Shown one piece after another: positions 1 through 9,600 of a stretch of 64,000 nt of DNA. Made by a program: the position numbers and the translations under genes. How positions within the stretch are numbered: the first letter of the stretch is position 1; each line of letters starts with the position of its first letter. Source of the stretch: Minisyncoccota bacterium (lineage in GTDB: Bacteria > Patescibacteriota > Minisyncoccia > Phycocordibacterales > UBA918). Where the stretch lies: NCBI GenBank assembly GCA_041389025.1, contig JAWKSP010000002.1:184079-248078 (forward strand), given 5' to 3'. The notes beneath the pieces were generated by a model, which saw nothing but the letters and a program-made list of their open reading frames with translations, did no database searches and was not told where the DNA came from.

Positions 1-39
1 AATAACGGATATATCCCCATTTACCCCCTTTTTACGTTT

Positions 40-59
40 GCTGCCGGACAGGGACTCGT
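40..59. repeat. 20-nt exact copy of the 3' end of tRNA-Gln (tgctgccggacagggactcg)
   Basis: Identical to 232..251. A second fragment at 372..390 (accattagacgatccggca) duplicates the tRNA 5' end at 286..304. Confidence 0.5.
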
Positions 60-233
60 CCTGACGGTCACCAAGCTATTTTGTTTCCTTTCAGTCACAA
101 AAGTAGCTGGTGCCGCGGGACACGGCTCGCTCATAAATATCGCTCCGCCGTTCGAGTCCTGACGCAAGTGACGAAGGTCACTTGCTTCCGGCAGCACGAG
201 AAAAAGCGCACATAGGCGCTTTTAACTCTCGTG

Positions 234-304
234 CTGCCGGACAGGGACTCGAACCCCGATAGACGGTACCAGAAACCGTAGTCCTACCATTAGACGATCC
301 GGCA
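234..304 (-). tRNA. tRNA-Gln (anticodon CTG)
   Basis: Reverse complement folds as a cloverleaf: acceptor TGCCGGA/TCCGGCA (U1:A72 as in bacterial tRNA-Gln), U8, anticodon stem ACGGT/ACCGT with loop TTCTGGT, T-arm CGGGG-TTCGAGT-CCCTG. A hairpin plus T-run (aaaagcgc..gcgcttttt) follows on the minus strand. Confidence 0.6.
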
Positions 305-478
305 GCAATGAATACAAAATATAATGAACTACTTTTTATTTCCGAGCGAACGCAGGTTGTATGATTTAATACCATTAGACGATCCGGCAATGTTTTGTTT
401 TTATGTGGCGAAAGCTTCGCTTTCGCCACAAGTCACACTATACTGCCATAGACGGTAAAAGATTCAAGTTCATTATAA

Positions 479-1102
479 TTATCTAACCTTTTCACCTTCT
501 AATATCTCCCACCGACAACTATTCTCAGTATGAATATGACGCAAATGAATAATACCAGTGTTTGGCATTTTAAATACTTTCCACAAACGTTTTATTGCTC
601 GTAAGAAGCTCATTTTTTTATTGGTACATAAGTGCTCAAGAAAAATATTTATAAAAACTGAATGCGATATCACTACCACCTTAGCTTCCTCGGGAAAAGT
701 TTCTAAATACTGTCTAGCTTTAATAATGCGATCTATAAACGGAGTATATGTTTCCATCTCTCCTTTTAGTTTATAATCAAAAAACCAATGCCACATATAG
801 CGTGCTGACAGAAGACTAAAATGACTGCTGCCAATCAACCAATTTGGCCTGCGAATCTCTTCAAAAGAATTATTGGTTTCTGGTATCAGATCAAGCTCAC
901 AATTGGCGATAATTATCTTAGCGGTTTCTACCGCTCGTAGATTAGTACTAGTCACTATATGAGTCGGATTAATTTTCTTTATAACTTTAGCTAGGGTTTT
1001 AGCTTGAGCGGTACCTATTTCATTTATGTCAGTTTCATCATGTTGATGACGCTTAGCTACATTGCCATCGGTTTCACCATGTCTAATTAAATATACATCC
1101 AT
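479..1102 (-). CDS. histidine phosphatase family protein (phosphoglycerate mutase-like)
   Basis: N-terminal LIRHGETD (RHG catalytic motif); 207 aa. Confidence 0.65.
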   Translation of the reverse strand: MDVYLIRHGETDGNVAKRHQHDETDINEIGTAQAKTLAKVIKKINPTHIVTSTNLRAVETAKIIIANCELDLIPETNNSFEEIRRPNWLIGSSHFSLLSARYMWHWFFDYKLKGEMETYTPFIDRIIKARQYLETFPEEAKVVVISHSVFINIFLEHLCTNKKMSFLRAIKRLWKVFKMPNTGIIHLRHIHTENSCRWEILEGEKVR

Positions 1103-1120
1103 AAATTATCAAAATATTAA

Positions 1121-1750
1121 TCATTCGGCAAAATGCGCCATATCGTTAAAGCTTTCTAGTTGCCAAGCTTTATACTTATCATTAAAGACTAACGTGGTTA
1201 TACCTGTATTGGTCGTAATAACATTATTCATAATAGACCGCCAGACTAAAGGGTCTGGTTTTTGTCCCATCATAATGTAAAGAGTGATTATTTTAGTCAT
1301 TCTAGCATGAGTCACTAATACCACATCCCCATCAAGAGCCTCTAATTTAGTAAATAACTCTTTAATTCTATTTAATACATCATGAAAATTTTCACCATCC
1401 CCCAACCTCCAGTCTTTATCGGTTATGTTTTCATCAACTTCTTTTAAATAAGCCTTATACTCTGGTGAACTACTAGGCTTATTTTGAAATTGAGTTGGTC
1501 GCTTCATTTCTCGAAGTAAAGGTGTTGTTTCAACCTCTGTTTTAGTTACTTCAGCCAAAAACTGGGCCGTTTCTACCGCCCTCGTATAATCACTAGATAA
1601 CAGGTGTTTAAAATCAATATGAACAAAACGTTCTGCTAAAGCCTTAGCCTGACGCCTACCCTTTACTGATAAAGTAGAATCAGCTGTTTGCACAAGACCA
1701 TTAGCATCGTTATCGGTCAGACCATGTCTCACTATATAAATTCTGCGCAT
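1121..1750 (-). CDS. histidine phosphatase family protein (tandem paralog)
   Basis: N-terminal IVRHGLTD RHG motif; 209 aa; adjacent to a paralog. Confidence 0.65.
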   Translation of the reverse strand: MRRIYIVRHGLTDNDANGLVQTADSTLSVKGRRQAKALAERFVHIDFKHLLSSDYTRAVETAQFLAEVTKTEVETTPLLREMKRPTQFQNKPSSSPEYKAYLKEVDENITDKDWRLGDGENFHDVLNRIKELFTKLEALDGDVVLVTHARMTKIITLYIMMGQKPDPLVWRSIMNNVITTNTGITTLVFNDKYKAWQLESFNDMAHFAE

Positions 1751-1774
1751 AAAAAATACAACTTTGAATTATTA

Positions 1775-2809
1775 TTATTGATTACCAACTTGTTCAATTA
1801 AAGCTATTTCTAAAGGTAAGTAAGGTAACGGGGACCGATTACTTTCTTCTACGGTTTTAATTAATCTTAACAAAAGATGGGAATTTAAAGAAGATGATTC
1901 TTTGGCTAAACTTAACAATCTCTCTTTAGTATCTGGATCATAAGATGCCAATATCTCATCCTTTTCATCCGGCCGATTCCTAATCAACATAACCGCCCTG
2001 ATAGATTCTAAAAGTAATCGTAAAAGTAACTTAACATCAGTGTGAGAGGTAGTGGCAGTTTCTATCGCTCTAAGTCCTAAGGCTGTATCCTTCACACTAA
2101 AAGCCTGAAGTAAATCTAATATCACGACCCTTTTGGGTGCTCCAATTATACTTGCCACCTCATCAGCCGAACCGATCTTGTCACCTGAAGCCATTATGAC
2201 TTTTTGCGTCACGCCCAACGCGTCACGAAACGAACCGTCAGCAGCAATAGCAATCAACCCAGCGGCCTCTGGTGATAAAGTAAAACCTTCTTTTTTAGCC
2301 ACGTCAGTCACTGCATCAATTAAGACTTGCCTAGACGGGGAGTTAAAGCGAAAAACTAAACAGCGAGACAAGATAGTGTCTAACAACTTTTCTTCTTCAG
2401 TAGTAGCCAAAATAAATACCACGTGAGCTGGGGGCTCTTCTAGAGTCTTTAACAAAGCATTGAAAGCTTCTTTAGTAAGCATGTGTACTTCATCAATAAT
2501 ATAAACTTTGTACTTGGATTCATACGGTACAGTATGAACTGCTTCTTTTAGTTCACGCACATCATCTATACCACGATTACTGGCGGCATCTATTTCATAT
2601 AAATCTATGTTTTTTGTGCCAATTTCTTTAGCAAAAATACGAGCCAAAGTTGTTTTTCCAGTACCTCTGGTACCAGAAAATAAAAGAGCATGCGGTATAT
2701 CTCCTTTTTTAATAGCACCTTGTAAAACTGTAACTATATGATCCTGATCACGTACTTCCACAAAAGTTTGTGGTCGATATTTTCGGTATAAAGCTCCTTG
2801 TTCTGACAT
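1775..2809 (-). CDS. dnaX: DNA polymerase III subunit gamma/tau (short form)
   Basis: YRKYRPQTF..., Walker A GTRGTGKTT, DEVHML, SRC box (SRCLVFRF). Confidence 0.8.
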   Translation of the reverse strand: MSEQGALYRKYRPQTFVEVRDQDHIVTVLQGAIKKGDIPHALLFSGTRGTGKTTLARIFAKEIGTKNIDLYEIDAASNRGIDDVRELKEAVHTVPYESKYKVYIIDEVHMLTKEAFNALLKTLEEPPAHVVFILATTEEEKLLDTILSRCLVFRFNSPSRQVLIDAVTDVAKKEGFTLSPEAAGLIAIAADGSFRDALGVTQKVIMASGDKIGSADEVASIIGAPKRVVILDLLQAFSVKDTALGLRAIETATTSHTDVKLLLRLLLESIRAVMLIRNRPDEKDEILASYDPDTKERLLSLAKESSSLNSHLLLRLIKTVEESNRSPLPYLPLEIALIEQVGNQ

Positions 2810-2827
2810 AACAGACAGTATACCAGA

Positions 2828-3712
2828 TTACTCAAAAACCACGGCTTGACGAATAGATTCTCTAAGGGTAGACATATCTGACTTTAGATTGTTACTATCT
2901 AAAATTACATAACCAATTACTTTTTTCTCATTTCCAAATTCCTCCTCAAACAAAGACACGACCGTACGACCAGCCGCCTCAGTATAACCATGTTTTCCAC
3001 CCTGATAAGTTTTATCATAAACTGGGTTATTATTTATCCAGCCGGTATAACTACCGACATATTTTGACAACTTGGTAATATCTAAAATATTAGAGCTATT
3101 ACTATACATATACAATATCAGCAAAACCAAGTCAGAAGCAGTTGAAATATTGCCAGCAGAAAGACCAGAGGCATCAGAGAATTTTGTATCACTTAGCCCT
3201 ATTTCTTTTGTTAAATTATTCATGTTTTCAATAACCATTCCGTTAGTATCACGAATAAAAGCTGCCGCCACATCATTTGATGACTCAAGCAATAGCGGAA
3301 AAAGAAGTTCATGATATGAATAACTTTGTCCAACCTCAAGTTTTCCCGCTCTACCTTCTTCAGCTACGTCACTGTTTGTTATTACCAAATCTTTATCGAG
3401 AGGCCAATTCTTATCAATAGCTAAAGCCGTTACAAGCTTAGTGATAGACGCTATTGGTAACTGAGTATTAGGATTTTTAGAAAAAATTATCTCACCCGAC
3501 TCCACATCAAAAATAGCAAAAGATTGGGCTGGTATTTCTATGTTAATATTTTTATTAAATGAAATTGGAGTCTCCCTAACTTTTTCTATTTCTATAACTG
3601 ACACTTCTGAAGCCAAACTTTTAAAAGCAAATAAAGCCAAAAGCAATACCGCCATAATTGCGGTATTGCTCAAAACTGACCGTAAAAGAAAATTTGAATC
3701 TCTTTTGGTCAT
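2828..3712 (-). CDS. D-alanyl-D-alanine carboxypeptidase (PBP5/6-like, S11 family)
   Basis: SxxK motif ASITKL, SxN motif ESSND; N-terminal signal/TM. Confidence 0.7.
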   Translation of the reverse strand: MTKRDSNFLLRSVLSNTAIMAVLLLALFAFKSLASEVSVIEIEKVRETPISFNKNINIEIPAQSFAIFDVESGEIIFSKNPNTQLPIASITKLVTALAIDKNWPLDKDLVITNSDVAEEGRAGKLEVGQSYSYHELLFPLLLESSNDVAAAFIRDTNGMVIENMNNLTKEIGLSDTKFSDASGLSAGNISTASDLVLLILYMYSNSSNILDITKLSKYVGSYTGWINNNPVYDKTYQGGKHGYTEAAGRTVVSLFEEEFGNEKKVIGYVILDSNNLKSDMSTLRESIRQAVVFE

Positions 3713-3720
3713 AATATTTT

Positions 3721-4161
3721 TTAGGAAGAGGCCTTTTCTGCTGCTTTTGATACCTTATCGGCAGTCTTCTTAACTTTTTTAGCAGCCTTTTTTACTGCTT
3801 TTTTTGTTTTAGTCGCAACTTTTTTAGGCGCAGCTGTCTTAGCAATCTCGAGCCAATGTTCTTTCATTTCTCTTTTAAAGGCAGCCATATCAGCCTTAGT
3901 AGCATTTTGGATATTAGAATATGAAGTACTAACAGTATCGATTAGTTTATCGTATTCCTTTTTAGTCATATCTTGGGTGTTTTCTAAAGATTCCAAAATA
4001 TCTGCTTTAGCCTTAAACATCCAGCTTTTTACCGCCTTGCGATTTTTAGCTGCTTTTTTACTACCATACATGAAGTAAGCACCGACTGCCGCAGCTACAG
4101 CACTTAAGCCAACTGCTACCCCTAAATTATTTACCTTATTATCTTTTTTATTTGTTGCCAT
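3721..4161 (-). CDS. hypothetical protein, N-terminal TM helix, Lys-rich tail (YtxH-like?)
   Basis: ORF with GLSAVAAAVGAYFMYG hydrophobic segment and a KK-rich C-terminus. Confidence 0.3.
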   Translation of the reverse strand: MATNKKDNKVNNLGVAVGLSAVAAAVGAYFMYGSKKAAKNRKAVKSWMFKAKADILESLENTQDMTKKEYDKLIDTVSTSYSNIQNATKADMAAFKREMKEHWLEIAKTAAPKKVATKTKKAVKKAAKKVKKTADKVSKAAEKASS

Positions 4162-4179
4162 ATTTTTTAATTTAAAACT

Positions 4180-4527
4180 CTACTCATCATCTTCAACATC
4201 TCTTGCTTTAGTTCTTCTGGATCTACTACGAGACCGTCCAGCAGATCTTTTTGTACCGCCAAAATCACTGAAGTTGAAAAAAAGACCGAGTAAACGAGAA
4301 ACAAAACCACCATTCATTATCTGCATGCGTAATTCAGCTATATCATCAGCCAAAACTTCGCTACCAGCTTCAATTTTTTCGACAATTATTCGGATAGATT
4401 TTATTATTTTGATAATATGATAAAGAATTACCGAAATAAAAATCATAAAAACCACCGTACCGATACTGGCAATAAAAAAGAAAATGTTGGCGTGTAATAT
4501 CTCATTCATCTTTGTATATTTTAGCAA
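4180..4527 (-). CDS. hypothetical small membrane protein
   Basis: Single N-terminal TM; Arg/Ser-rich C-terminus. Confidence 0.3.
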   Translation of the reverse strand: MLKYTKMNEILHANIFFFIASIGTVVFMIFISVILYHIIKIIKSIRIIVEKIEAGSEVLADDIAELRMQIMNGGFVSRLLGLFFNFSDFGGTKRSAGRSRSRSRRTKARDVEDDE

Positions 4528-4584
4528 GTAAATTATAAATCAAGTGATAGATGAGTGGAAAAGTTTTTGTCGCATTGTTTTTCA

Positions 4585-5259
4585 TCAGTTATAACTCTGC
4601 TTGTTTCTTAATAAATTCCTACTCAAATATACAACAGGTGTATCAATCAAAGCCATTGTCCATTTAAGAATTATAGCAGCAACCATAAGCTTCCAAACAT
4701 CCCAACCAAACACTGGAAAAAGAAAAATTGGGTAAGCAACAACAACATCAAGGGTTTGGGTCATCATAGTACTCACGCAGTTTCTTACCCACAAATATCT
4801 TTCGCCAGTTACTTCTTTTATTTTACTAAATATGAAAATATCAACTCTTTGCTCAAAAAATATAACGATAGCAACGATAACAATACTAATCGCAGTCAGT
4901 GGGTTAAAAAAGCTTCCTAAAGCAATCGCCATTTCACTGTTTGGAGTAATAAAAATTAATAATTTAGAAAAAAGTATTGTACCCACAAAACCAGCCAACA
5001 TGGAATGGACCATTTTCTTTGCTTCCTTCTCACCAAAATTATCAGTAATAATATCCGTTCCTAGGAAAAAAGAGGCAAAAAATGCTTCTCCTAATAGAAT
5101 CGGCCAACCAAATATGTCCAAAGGCAATGTAATAGTAAAAGCTATCAAAACTCCAAGTCCAGCAAAAAGAGCGAGTGTGTATTCCAGCCCCTTACGTAAA
5201 GTTACTATAAGTAAGGAAAAGCTGATTAATAAAGTCATTACAAAAATTAGTAGGTCCAT
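4585..5259 (-). CDS. queuosine precursor transporter-like membrane protein (YhhQ/DUF165 family)
   Basis: Multi-TM protein with an LWVRNCVSTMMTQTLD motif typical of the YhhQ/VUT family. Confidence 0.5.
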   Translation of the reverse strand: MDLLIFVMTLLISFSLLIVTLRKGLEYTLALFAGLGVLIAFTITLPLDIFGWPILLGEAFFASFFLGTDIITDNFGEKEAKKMVHSMLAGFVGTILFSKLLIFITPNSEMAIALGSFFNPLTAISIVIVAIVIFFEQRVDIFIFSKIKEVTGERYLWVRNCVSTMMTQTLDVVVAYPIFLFPVFGWDVWKLMVAAIILKWTMALIDTPVVYLSRNLLRNKQSYN

Positions 5260-5302
5260 TATTTTTATTTAATTATTAGCCAATAAAATAAGAGTTGTTA
5301 CT

Positions 5303-5902
5303 TTATAATTTTTCTATATATAAAAAGTTACATCCATTTTCAAACCAAGGTAGACCTTTTGGTACAAGATCATCTGGACACTTTACAACATTAACAAAAA
5401 CATCACATTTAGCAATACGTTTTATATCATAGTCAGACAGTTCACCAGAAGGGTCTATAACTCCTACCGACGCACCTACATTGATTTTTTTTAGAATAAC
5501 TTCAACAGCAGGTTTAACATGCGCTAAAGCAAAATCTTTACCTTCTAAATTAGATTTTTCAGGACCTACCTCATACACAACCTTATCAATTTTCTTAAAA
5601 AGACTAACTTCTAAATTTTTCCAGTTATCATTTACTATTTCGGCGTTGGAAATTTCATTTTCTGCTCTTTCACACAACTCTCTATTTAACTCTACAATTA
5701 CATGCACCTTTGGTTTAATGTCAGCTATGGCTTTAGCGGACAAACCTAAACCGTACCCAATTTCTAGAACCTTATCTGATTTTCGAATAAATCTCTTAAT
5801 AAAAAATTCTTGTAACTCCTTTTCAGATAAAGCAACAAGAGGTTCTTCACCAGCATATAGAATATCGTTTTTCATTTCTGTTTTGACGTATTTAAATTTC
5901 AT
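5303..5902 (-). CDS. hypothetical protein with a methyltransferase-like GxGxG segment
   Basis: VLEIGYGLGLSAKAI resembles SAM-MTase motif I; the rest is unassigned. Confidence 0.3.
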   Translation of the reverse strand: MKFKYVKTEMKNDILYAGEEPLVALSEKELQEFFIKRFIRKSDKVLEIGYGLGLSAKAIADIKPKVHVIVELNRELCERAENEISNAEIVNDNWKNLEVSLFKKIDKVVYEVGPEKSNLEGKDFALAHVKPAVEVILKKINVGASVGVIDPSGELSDYDIKRIAKCDVFVNVVKCPDDLVPKGLPWFENGCNFLYIEKL

Positions 5903-5935
5903 AGTGTACGTTTTCCGGTAATTATTAACAGCTCT

Positions 5936-6955
5936 TTATATAGTCAAAAAATTTTCCACTATTTCTCCAACTGTCTCTGGATCATTCTGTTCCATTAATC
6001 TAGTTCTTAACTCATGCGCTCCAGCAAAATCTTTTACATAAGCTTTGTAGTGTTTTTTCATGATAGAAAAGTTTTTGAAAGGCAGGAGTTCGGCAAATAA
6101 TTCTGAGTGTTCTACCATCACTCGTAGTTTTTCTTCTATAGGCACATTATTAGCATCTTTTTCCGGATGAAAAAGCCAAGGGTTACCGAAGATCGCTCGC
6201 CCAAGCATTACTCCGTCGGCGCCGGAAAGCGAAGCTTTCCGGCGCGCATCCTCAAGTGACCAAGCATCTCCGTTCCCTACAATCAATGTTTTAGTGTCTT
6301 CCCCACTTTGTATTTCATCTCTGATTTCAACCGCACGCTTAATACGCTCCCAACGAGCCGGCACCTTACTCATTTCATTACGAGTTCGTCCATGGATGAT
6401 AATTGTAGCTGGCTTTTCGGTAAGTAAAATTGGTAACCATTCTTCTAATTGGTCTTGATTATACCCAAGACGAGTTTTTACCGACACCGGAACGCCGTCT
6501 TCTTCACCCATTTTTGCTCCCCGTTTTGCTGCTTGAATCACCTTTAAGGCTGATTCTGGATTCCGCATCATCGCAGAACCACATCCTTGCTTTTCGATGG
6601 ACCGATCCGGACAGCCCATATTGATATCCACCCCATCAAAACCAAGCTCGAGACAGAGCCTAGCCGCTGCTTCCATATGTTCTTCATTGGCAGAAAAAAG
6701 CTGAGCCACAATTGGTCGTTCAGCTTCTGTATAAATAAGATCGGCCATTAATTTCTTTTTTCCCTCTGAAGTGGCTCTCGCCAACCCATCAGCCGACACA
6801 AACTCAGTAAAAGTCACATCTGGACCACCGATAGTACCGTCAACTCTAGTATGCGCACTATACTTAGCGATTATACGGCGAAAAGGCGCGTCGGTGACAT
6901 CTGCCATCGGCGCTAATACAAAAAAAGGTTTTGGTAACTTTTCCCAGAAGTTCAT
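5936..6955 (-). CDS. dus: tRNA-dihydrouridine synthase
   Basis: LAPMADVTDAPFRR N-terminal signature; TIM-barrel Dus family. Confidence 0.8.
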   Translation of the reverse strand: MNFWEKLPKPFFVLAPMADVTDAPFRRIIAKYSAHTRVDGTIGGPDVTFTEFVSADGLARATSEGKKKLMADLIYTEAERPIVAQLFSANEEHMEAAARLCLELGFDGVDINMGCPDRSIEKQGCGSAMMRNPESALKVIQAAKRGAKMGEEDGVPVSVKTRLGYNQDQLEEWLPILLTEKPATIIIHGRTRNEMSKVPARWERIKRAVEIRDEIQSGEDTKTLIVGNGDAWSLEDARRKASLSGADGVMLGRAIFGNPWLFHPEKDANNVPIEEKLRVMVEHSELFAELLPFKNFSIMKKHYKAYVKDFAGAHELRTRLMEQNDPETVGEIVENFLTI

Positions 6956-6972
6956 AGGTGTTTAATTATTAC

Positions 6973-7386
6973 TTAGTCAGAAAATATAGTGTTAGAGACA
7001 ACTTTTATTGTATTCTTATAATCCGAACTATCCAGACTTTCTAAAAATACCGCTAATTCATCAAGCTCAAAACCATTCAAATGACACTGAAGATTATTTA
7101 TCTTACATAAAACCAAAAAGGTTAAAACAGCAGTCCTTTTATTACCATCTACAAAAGGATGATTTTTGATTAAAAAATAAAGGTAAGCAACGACTTTATC
7201 GGTTGATTTACTATAATTTTCTTCGCCGTAGTTTACTCCATTAACATTAGCTACAATAGCTTCAATTTTATTTATCACCCCTTTACCAACAGGAAAAACA
7301 ACCAGATTCTCATTAAGCAGAAGGTTGTAAATCTCGCAAATGTTCTCTGACGTTAGTGGTTGAAATATCTTTTTTTCCTTCGTCAT
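6973..7386 (-). CDS. doc: Doc/Fic family toxin (death-on-curing-like)
   Basis: HPFVDGNKRTA matches the Doc-type Fic motif HxFx(D/N)GNKR; 137 aa as expected for Doc. Confidence 0.6.
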   Translation of the reverse strand: MTKEKKIFQPLTSENICEIYNLLLNENLVVFPVGKGVINKIEAIVANVNGVNYGEENYSKSTDKVVAYLYFLIKNHPFVDGNKRTAVLTFLVLCKINNLQCHLNGFELDELAVFLESLDSSDYKNTIKVVSNTIFSD

Positions 7387-7547
7387 ATTCTTTAATGATT
7401 CAAAACCGTCCGATTTTTATCGAACTCTTGTTTTGCAAGGTCTTTCACATTCTGAGCCTTATTTTTATTTTTCTTAAAAAGATTAAACATAATTACTACT
7501 ATATAGATATTCACTAACAAATCAACCTTGTAGTGTTCAGTACAAAT

Positions 7548-8453
7548 TTATCCCTCTACAGAACCTTCGATATTTCCATCATCTAATAAAGTATTATCTG
7601 TACTACTAGCCAATCCTTCGTCTATATCTATCACCTCATTCACATACAACTTCTCCCCAAAACGCAGGTCAATATATTTAAAATTATCTGATTTTAGGTG
7701 TGAAAATTCATCTGAAGCCAAAAGTGCTTTTAGATATGAGAAAACTTCATTTGGATCATCATATAAAGTAGCTCTTAACTCTCCGCCACCGCTTAATATA
7801 TAAAAAACGTCACCAACCTGATTAACTTCAATATAGCTAACATACCACCCAATTTGTCCCAACAACCAAACGAATTTTTTAGTAGTAACAAAATCTTTTT
7901 CATCCATAAGAACTTCGCCAATCTGTGGTTTTTTTCCATTGTTTCTGTAACGGAGTAAGCTTTCTCCGGTTAAACTTGGTGCCAAACCAAAAGCATAAGA
8001 TTCGTTATCTATAAATAAACATTTTTGATTGTCATTATGATTATGATTATCACACCATAATGAATCTGGTATGTACTCAGAAAATTCTATCGTGATTTCC
8101 GTATTAGACACTTTTTTTGCTGAAACCTCCTTTATTCTTTCTATTTGTTTAAGATTATCTAAGACCTCTTTTTCAGGATAAAACCAAGTAAAACGTTTTG
8201 GTATAAGACGCCAATAATCACCTTTTAAAGTATTATCAACTATATTTTCTATCCTCTCGGCTTGGATAGTTTCTCCATCAAATACTGTTATTTTACTTAT
8301 AGTCATTGCCGGCAACCTAGTTAGATGCCAAATTCCCCAAATTAAAAATCCAAGAAAAAAGAATAAAACCAATCCAAAAAAGACTTGTTTTATTATAAGT
8401 TTTTGTTCCGGCGCCAGGTAGACTTTTTTATTTCGCTTCCGACTAAATTTCAT
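7548..8453 (-). CDS. cell division protein FtsQ/DivIB-like (POTRA)
   Basis: N-terminal cytoplasmic KR-rich segment, one TM, then a POTRA-like ISKITVFDGETIQAERI. Confidence 0.5.
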   Translation of the reverse strand: MKFSRKRNKKVYLAPEQKLIIKQVFFGLVLFFFLGFLIWGIWHLTRLPAMTISKITVFDGETIQAERIENIVDNTLKGDYWRLIPKRFTWFYPEKEVLDNLKQIERIKEVSAKKVSNTEITIEFSEYIPDSLWCDNHNHNDNQKCLFIDNESYAFGLAPSLTGESLLRYRNNGKKPQIGEVLMDEKDFVTTKKFVWLLGQIGWYVSYIEVNQVGDVFYILSGGGELRATLYDDPNEVFSYLKALLASDEFSHLKSDNFKYIDLRFGEKLYVNEVIDIDEGLASSTDNTLLDDGNIEGSVEG

Positions 8454-8470
8454 GACTGTAATGTTACCAT

Positions 8471-8532
8471 GAGTCAGAGAGTGTAAAAGGGGGCGGAAGC
8501 AAAGCTTCCGCCCCTTTTACACTCTCTGACTC
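8471..8532. terminator. near-perfect 29-30 bp palindrome hairpin
   Basis: gagtcagagagtgtaaaagggggcggaagc-aaa-gcttccgccccttttacactctctgactc; lies at the 3' end of the minus-strand CDS 8538..8876. Confidence 0.5.
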
Positions 8533-8537
8533 TCACC

Positions 8538-8876
8538 CTAACAAAGTCTATCTCCCAACCTAACTGTATATTTAGAAGGAGTTACCAATACATATCCATC
8601 TCCAGATGTATTTTTGAAACCAAGTGTCAGAACCTCAGAAATAAAAGGACCGACTTGCCTTGGTAGAAAATTTACTATACAGGCTACCAAAAGCCCTTTA
8701 AGTTCTTCTTTTTCATAAGTTCCTACAAGCTGCACACTAGAACGCTTAGTGCCAATTTCAGGTCCAAAATCAATCGTTAGTTTGTAAGCTGGCTTACGCG
8801 CCTCAGGAAAATCTTGAACTTCAATAATTTTCCCCAATCTAATATCTATCTTTTCAAAATCTTCTATTGTTGCCAT
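8538..8876 (-). CDS. tRNA-binding domain protein (CsaA/Trbp111-like)
   Basis: DFEKIDIRLGKIIEV... OB-fold tRNA-binding signature; 112 aa. Confidence 0.6.
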   Translation of the reverse strand: MATIEDFEKIDIRLGKIIEVQDFPEARKPAYKLTIDFGPEIGTKRSSVQLVGTYEKEELKGLLVACIVNFLPRQVGPFISEVLTLGFKNTSGDGYVLVTPSKYTVRLGDRLC

Positions 8877-8903
8877 AAATTTATTTTCTTAATTTTAAAA
8901 CTT

Positions 8904-9516
8904 TTACTGAAACTGAAATGATTTGTAAGTCTCCCAAAAAAGAGTTTTATCTTCAGATGACTGAAAGATTATTATAAGCGGAGGTATTTGCAGAAGACTA
9001 GGGATATAATCTATCTCTTTCATAGTTAACTTAATAGCCTTTTCATTTATATCCTCAACCTTAGAAACTTCTGACCACATAATATTAACCGTTCCAAAAA
9101 CACCCACTTGATTAACTAAAATATGTGTTTTATATAAAATATTTACAAGATTATTATCGACCACCCAATTATACTTTCCAAATAAACCAGTACCCTTTGT
9201 ATAACTAATTAAAAAAAAGAATAAAGAAAAGCCTATAAATAAAAACATAATCACAAAAAAAATCACTTGGTATAGAGTCGGTAATTACAAGAAAAAACCA
9301 AATAATTAAAAAAGTAAGCAAAACCCAAAAAGTCATACGAGTACCTATATATAAAGACTGTCTAATTGGTATAGTTTCCAAATTTATATATTGAAATTCA
9401 ACAGAATTTTTCTTCAAATCCGCTCTTTCTTTACTTATAGCAACAAGTTGTTCGTCTCTAGCTTTTCCTAACAACCAGTCTGATACCGAGCTTATTATCG
9501 CAAATATTGAATTCAT
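8904..9516 (-). CDS. hypothetical membrane protein; may be a single gene split by a frameshift in poly-A tracts
   Basis: Two overlapping minus-strand ORFs (8904..9266 and 9205..9516) join within a7-a8 homopolymers. Confidence 0.25.
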
Positions 9517-9600
9517 AATTAATGTTTTATAATTGTGTTAAAACACAATTACATTCTTTTCTGTACAAAAACCACAAGCTTTTCTTGCGGTTTCCATACC

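Noticed and set aside
178-429. 83-aa minus-strand ORF from the track
   Set aside because: It overlaps the tRNA-Gln gene and its duplicated fragments, so it is almost certainly non-coding.
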